A stretch of 64,000 bases of DNA from Candidatus Multivoradales bacterium. Its GTDB lineage: Bacteria > Acidobacteriota > Thermoanaerobaculia > Multivoradales > J023. A program made the position numbers and the translations under genes. This document shows positions 61,201 to 64,000 of this stretch, piece by piece. The notes under the pieces are model-generated. The model worked only from the letters and a program-made list of their open reading frames with translations. It ran no database searches and was not told the DNA's origin. Within the stretch, counting starts at the first letter, position 1; each line of letters begins with the position of its first letter. The stretch covers positions 1,248,001 through 1,312,000 of the forward strand of contig CBDFLE010000005.1 of assembly GCA_965248925.1 (NCBI GenBank), given 5' to 3'.

Positions 61201-64000
61201 GGTGCAACCTCGCGGTGTTGCATCAAGGGGCCAAAGACAGTCGACGAAGCCGCCGTGAAGGAGGTTTGGCGAAGGTCTTCTTCGGCGGCGCCATTCAGCT
61301 GCAGTGGGTAGCTATCACGCAGCGGATCGAGATCACCGAAGAGGCGTCGTATTTCGGGCTGATCGAGTTCAGAAGAAGAACGAAAACGCCCCCGCAGCTT
61401 GCTCTTGGCGACCTGCAGAGCGGCAGCCCGCCGCGGCTCGTCGGGCGCCTCACCAAGCCTGGCGACGTAGGCGGCGGAGGCTTCGGCAAAAAGTAGCAAC
61501 GGCCAGCGTTGGCCTAGCACCCACAGATCTAGCAGTTCAACCAAGAGCCGGGCAGGGTCCTCAGGCGGAGCGAAGCGAAGCACCTCGGCGGCGCCACTTC
61601 CGCCGCGACCGATGAGCACGCTGGGCTGCGCCCCCAAGGCCCAATTCAGCGCCAAATGACGAATCCACAGACCGAGTTGGGCGGCGGCATGAAGGCGGCC
61701 GAAGCGCACTTCGACCAAGGCCGCCGGCCAGCGATCATCAAACCGCCCCTGCAGCAAGAACCGACGGTTGGCACCTTGCAGCTCGCCGCGAATGGCCGCT
61801 GTAGTAAAGCGCTCGCCGCCGCACCAGGGGGCAGCGGCCGCGGCAAGACCGTCGATCTCTTGGCGCAGACTGTCGAAGATTGTCTGCCCAGCCACTCCGG
61901 GGGGTAACTCACCGGCCGCGCGCAGCAAGTCGTAGGCCCCTTCCAACGAGTCGCCAGCCAGTCGCCAATCGAGTAGACGCTGGCCCACTCGCCAACCTTC
62001 CAAACCGACCAGATCGAGGGGCTCACGGTCTGCGGGCAGATCCCCGTCCGCACTTAGCTGAAGGCCCAGGCGCTGCTCCAAGAAAGCCCGCCAGGGACGC
62101 CGGTAGAAACGCACCAGGTCGTCGAGCTCGAGCTCGACCGGGCTCTCGGCCGCAGCTTCCAGAGCGCTGTCGAGAAATCGGGGCTGGCTTTCATTCTGCT
62201 CACCCAGCGCCCGCGCACCCGCCGCCGCCGCGGCACGAAAACTCCACAGCTCTTCGCTATCGGTGGACGAGAAATAGCGCTGATCAAAAGGCTGTAGCGG
62301 ATGTTCGATCAGCAGCTGGCGGCGCAGAACGGCGGCAGTGGCATCCGTGGTGCGATCCTCTGCTGCGGCGGCGGGCACAAACGACTCGGTCAAACAATCG
62401 AGCAACTCGCCAACCAGCACGCTGGGCGGCAGCTCACTGCCATCGCGGGGAGAGTGGCCAGTGTAGCTGATCAACAGCCGATCGCGGGCCGAGAGCACCG
62501 CTTCGAGCAGCAGATAGCGATCCTCTTCGCGGCGTGAACGATCGCCAGGCCGTGGCTCGGTGACCAGCAGATCAAAGCCGGGTCGGCGATCGAGTCGCGG
62601 ATAGGCGCCGTCGTTCATGCCGGTCAGACACACCACCCGGAAAGGCAAGGTGCGCATCGGCACCAGTTCACAGAAAGTCACTCCCCCTTCGAGAAAACCG
62701 CTGGCCGGCGCCCGCTCCGCGAGCAGGGGTGCCAGCGCCTCGACCCAGGACGCCAATTCCAGCCGCTGATCAAAACCAGCCTGCGCGGCAGTCGCGGTGA
62801 GTTCGATCAGAGCGGCCCGCAGCAGCTCATGCTCAGCGCCAACCTGGTCATCCAGCGCCAGTAAGCGATCCAAGGCACCGAGGAGCAGCTCCGACCAGCC
62901 TTCGGGAGACCGCGGAGTCCGCGCCTGGCGGTGAATTCTGAGCAGGCTCTCCAGCCATTCGCTGAGCCGGCCGAGGGACTCACCGGCAGAACCTTCGATG
63001 TCGTCGAAAGGCAGCACACCGGCAAAGCACTGCTTCCCCTCGCCGACCATGGCAAAACCCAGCAGCAGGCGATCGATCGTGAAACGCCAGGTGTTGGCCC
63101 CGTCCGCCGGCTGGCCGAGGGCCTGGCGATGGTCGCTGTCGGCCCCCCACCGAACCCCCGCACGGCTGAACCAATGGCGCAGATCTTCGAGCTCATCAGC
63201 CGCCAAGCCACAGCGGGCGCGGACCGGCTCGCGGGCGATGAAATCGAGCACCTCACCAGCCCCCAACCGCCCGCCGAGGAGCTGCAACAGCGCCAGGAAC
63301 GCCTCGATCACCGGATGGCCGGAAGCTAGACCGCGATCCGCCACCCGATAAGCGATACGCGGCTCCTCGGCGGCACCGAAGACCGCTTCGACAAAGGGGG
63401 CGTATGCGCCGATATCCGGCGTCATCACCAGCACATCGCGGGGCTCCAGAGTGGCGTCGTCTTGCAACAGGCCGGCCAGCTGGTCGTGCAGCACCTCGAG
63501 TTCGCGCAGCGGTCCGTAGCAGCTGTGCAGGCGAATCGAGTCGTCACCGAAAGCGATCTGCAGGGGCACGCACTCCCGCCCATCGCCTCGACCCGCTTGA
63601 CCGACTCGGCGGTGGCGCAGATTCAAGATGTCGGACTGCAAGGCGTGCAGGGCCGTATCGGTTCCTGGATCGCGATATAGATCGAGGTCGGCCTCGCGCA
63701 TTCCCTCGATCCCTTCGAGCACCCATTGGAAATCACGCCCCAAACGGCCCCAGGAGGCCAACAGCGGGTTGCCCTCGTCCAGATGCAACTGGTCGGCAGT
63801 GGCCGGCCGGTGGCCAAACAGACTCAGTTGGCGACCGATGTCGCGCCGAGAACGAATATCGGCAAAAAACTCCCGCGACGGGCTCAGCACGAAGAGGTGC
63901 AGGTCCAGGTGTCTAGCTAATGCAGCGAGAATCTCGACATAGAGGGGCGGAAGCGCGCTCAGGCCAAAGAGTGAAACCCGCTCCGGCAAGCCCGGCAGCG
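61197..64000 (-). CDS. recC: Exodeoxyribonuclease V gamma subunit (5'-partial, runs off the window edge)
   Basis: NPLLASWG..GRDF, RELEVLHD, PMRTLPFRVVCL.GMN and HPLQPF motifs. Confidence 0.96.
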   Translation of the reverse strand, partial: LPGLPERVSLFGLSALPPLYVEILAALARHLDLHLFVLSPSREFFADIRSRRDIGRQLSLFGHRPATADQLHLDEGNPLLASWGRLGRDFQWVLEGIEGMREADLDLYRDPGTDTALHALQSDILNLRHRRVGQAGRGDGRECVPLQIAFGDDSIRLHSCYGPLRELEVLHDQLAGLLQDDATLEPRDVLVMTPDIGAYAPFVEAVFGAAEEPRIAYRVADRGLASGHPVIEAFLALLQLLGGRLGAGEVLDFIAREPVRARCGLAADELEDLRHWFSRAGVRWGADSDHRQALGQPADGANTWRFTIDRLLLGFAMVGEGKQCFAGVLPFDDIEGSAGESLGRLSEWLESLLRIHRQARTPRSPEGWSELLLGALDRLLALDDQVGAEHELLRAALIELTATAAQAGFDQRLELASWVEALAPLLAERAPASGFLEGGVTFCELVPMRTLPFRVVCLTGMNDGAYPRLDRRPGFDLLVTEPRPGDRSRREEDRYLLLEAVLSARDRLLISYTGHSPRDGSELPPSVLVGELLDCLTESFVPAAAAEDRTTDATAAVLRRQLLIEHPLQPFDQRYFSSTDSEELWSFRAAAAAGARALGEQNESQPRFLDSALEAAAESPVELELDDLVRFYRRPWRAFLEQRLGLQLSADGDLPADREPLDLVGLEGWRVGQRLLDWRLAGDSLEGAYDLLRAAGELPPGVAGQTIFDSLRQEIDGLAAAAAPWCGGERFTTAAIRGELQGANRRFLLQGRFDDRWPAALVEVRFGRLHAAAQLGLWIRHLALNWALGAQPSVLIGRGGSGAAEVLRFAPPEDPARLLVELLDLWVLGQRWPLLLFAEASAAYVARLGEAPDEPRRAAALQVAKSKLRGRFRSSSELDQPEIRRLFGDLDPLRDSYPLQLNGAAEEDLRQTSFTAASSTVFGPLMQHREVAP

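Overview
GC-rich bacterial window. The tandem C-terminal 'LCL..GRF...FWFF...NG.FWV' domains of the 1552-aa secreted protein suggest Acidobacteriota (Thermoanaerobaculia-like); this is an inference. 1-37.8 kb is an accessory zone. It opens with a giant transglutaminase/Ig/Rhs polymorphic toxin ending in a papain-fold tip. An IS4 element has replaced the last 8 codons of the toxin and separated it from its putative immunity gene. The zone also holds two IS481-like elements (one with a nested unclassified IS), two IS3 copies, IS21/ISL3/phage remnants, two large secreted multidomain proteins and a decayed EamA/LysR pair. 38-49.7 kb contains MscS, a GlrK/QseG/GlrR-like sigma-54 system with a complete sigma-54/IHF target promoter, an esterase plus WS/DGAT, and a convergent sbnA-XRE-sbnB trio. 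The window ends in recD-recB-recC. The main discovery is at 50.6-55.5 kb. Two small ORFs missed by the ORF track (57 and 59 aa) are clear paralogues sharing a leader pattern and an S-x-x-F-[FL]-x-W-[QE]-P-W-x-P core. They flank a ComQ-like isoprenoid-synthase-fold enzyme that is translationally coupled to a ComP-like (PDZ + ~10 TM) hybrid histidine kinase. This is a candidate ComQXP-like prenylated-tryptophan peptide signalling/RiPP system outside Bacillota.
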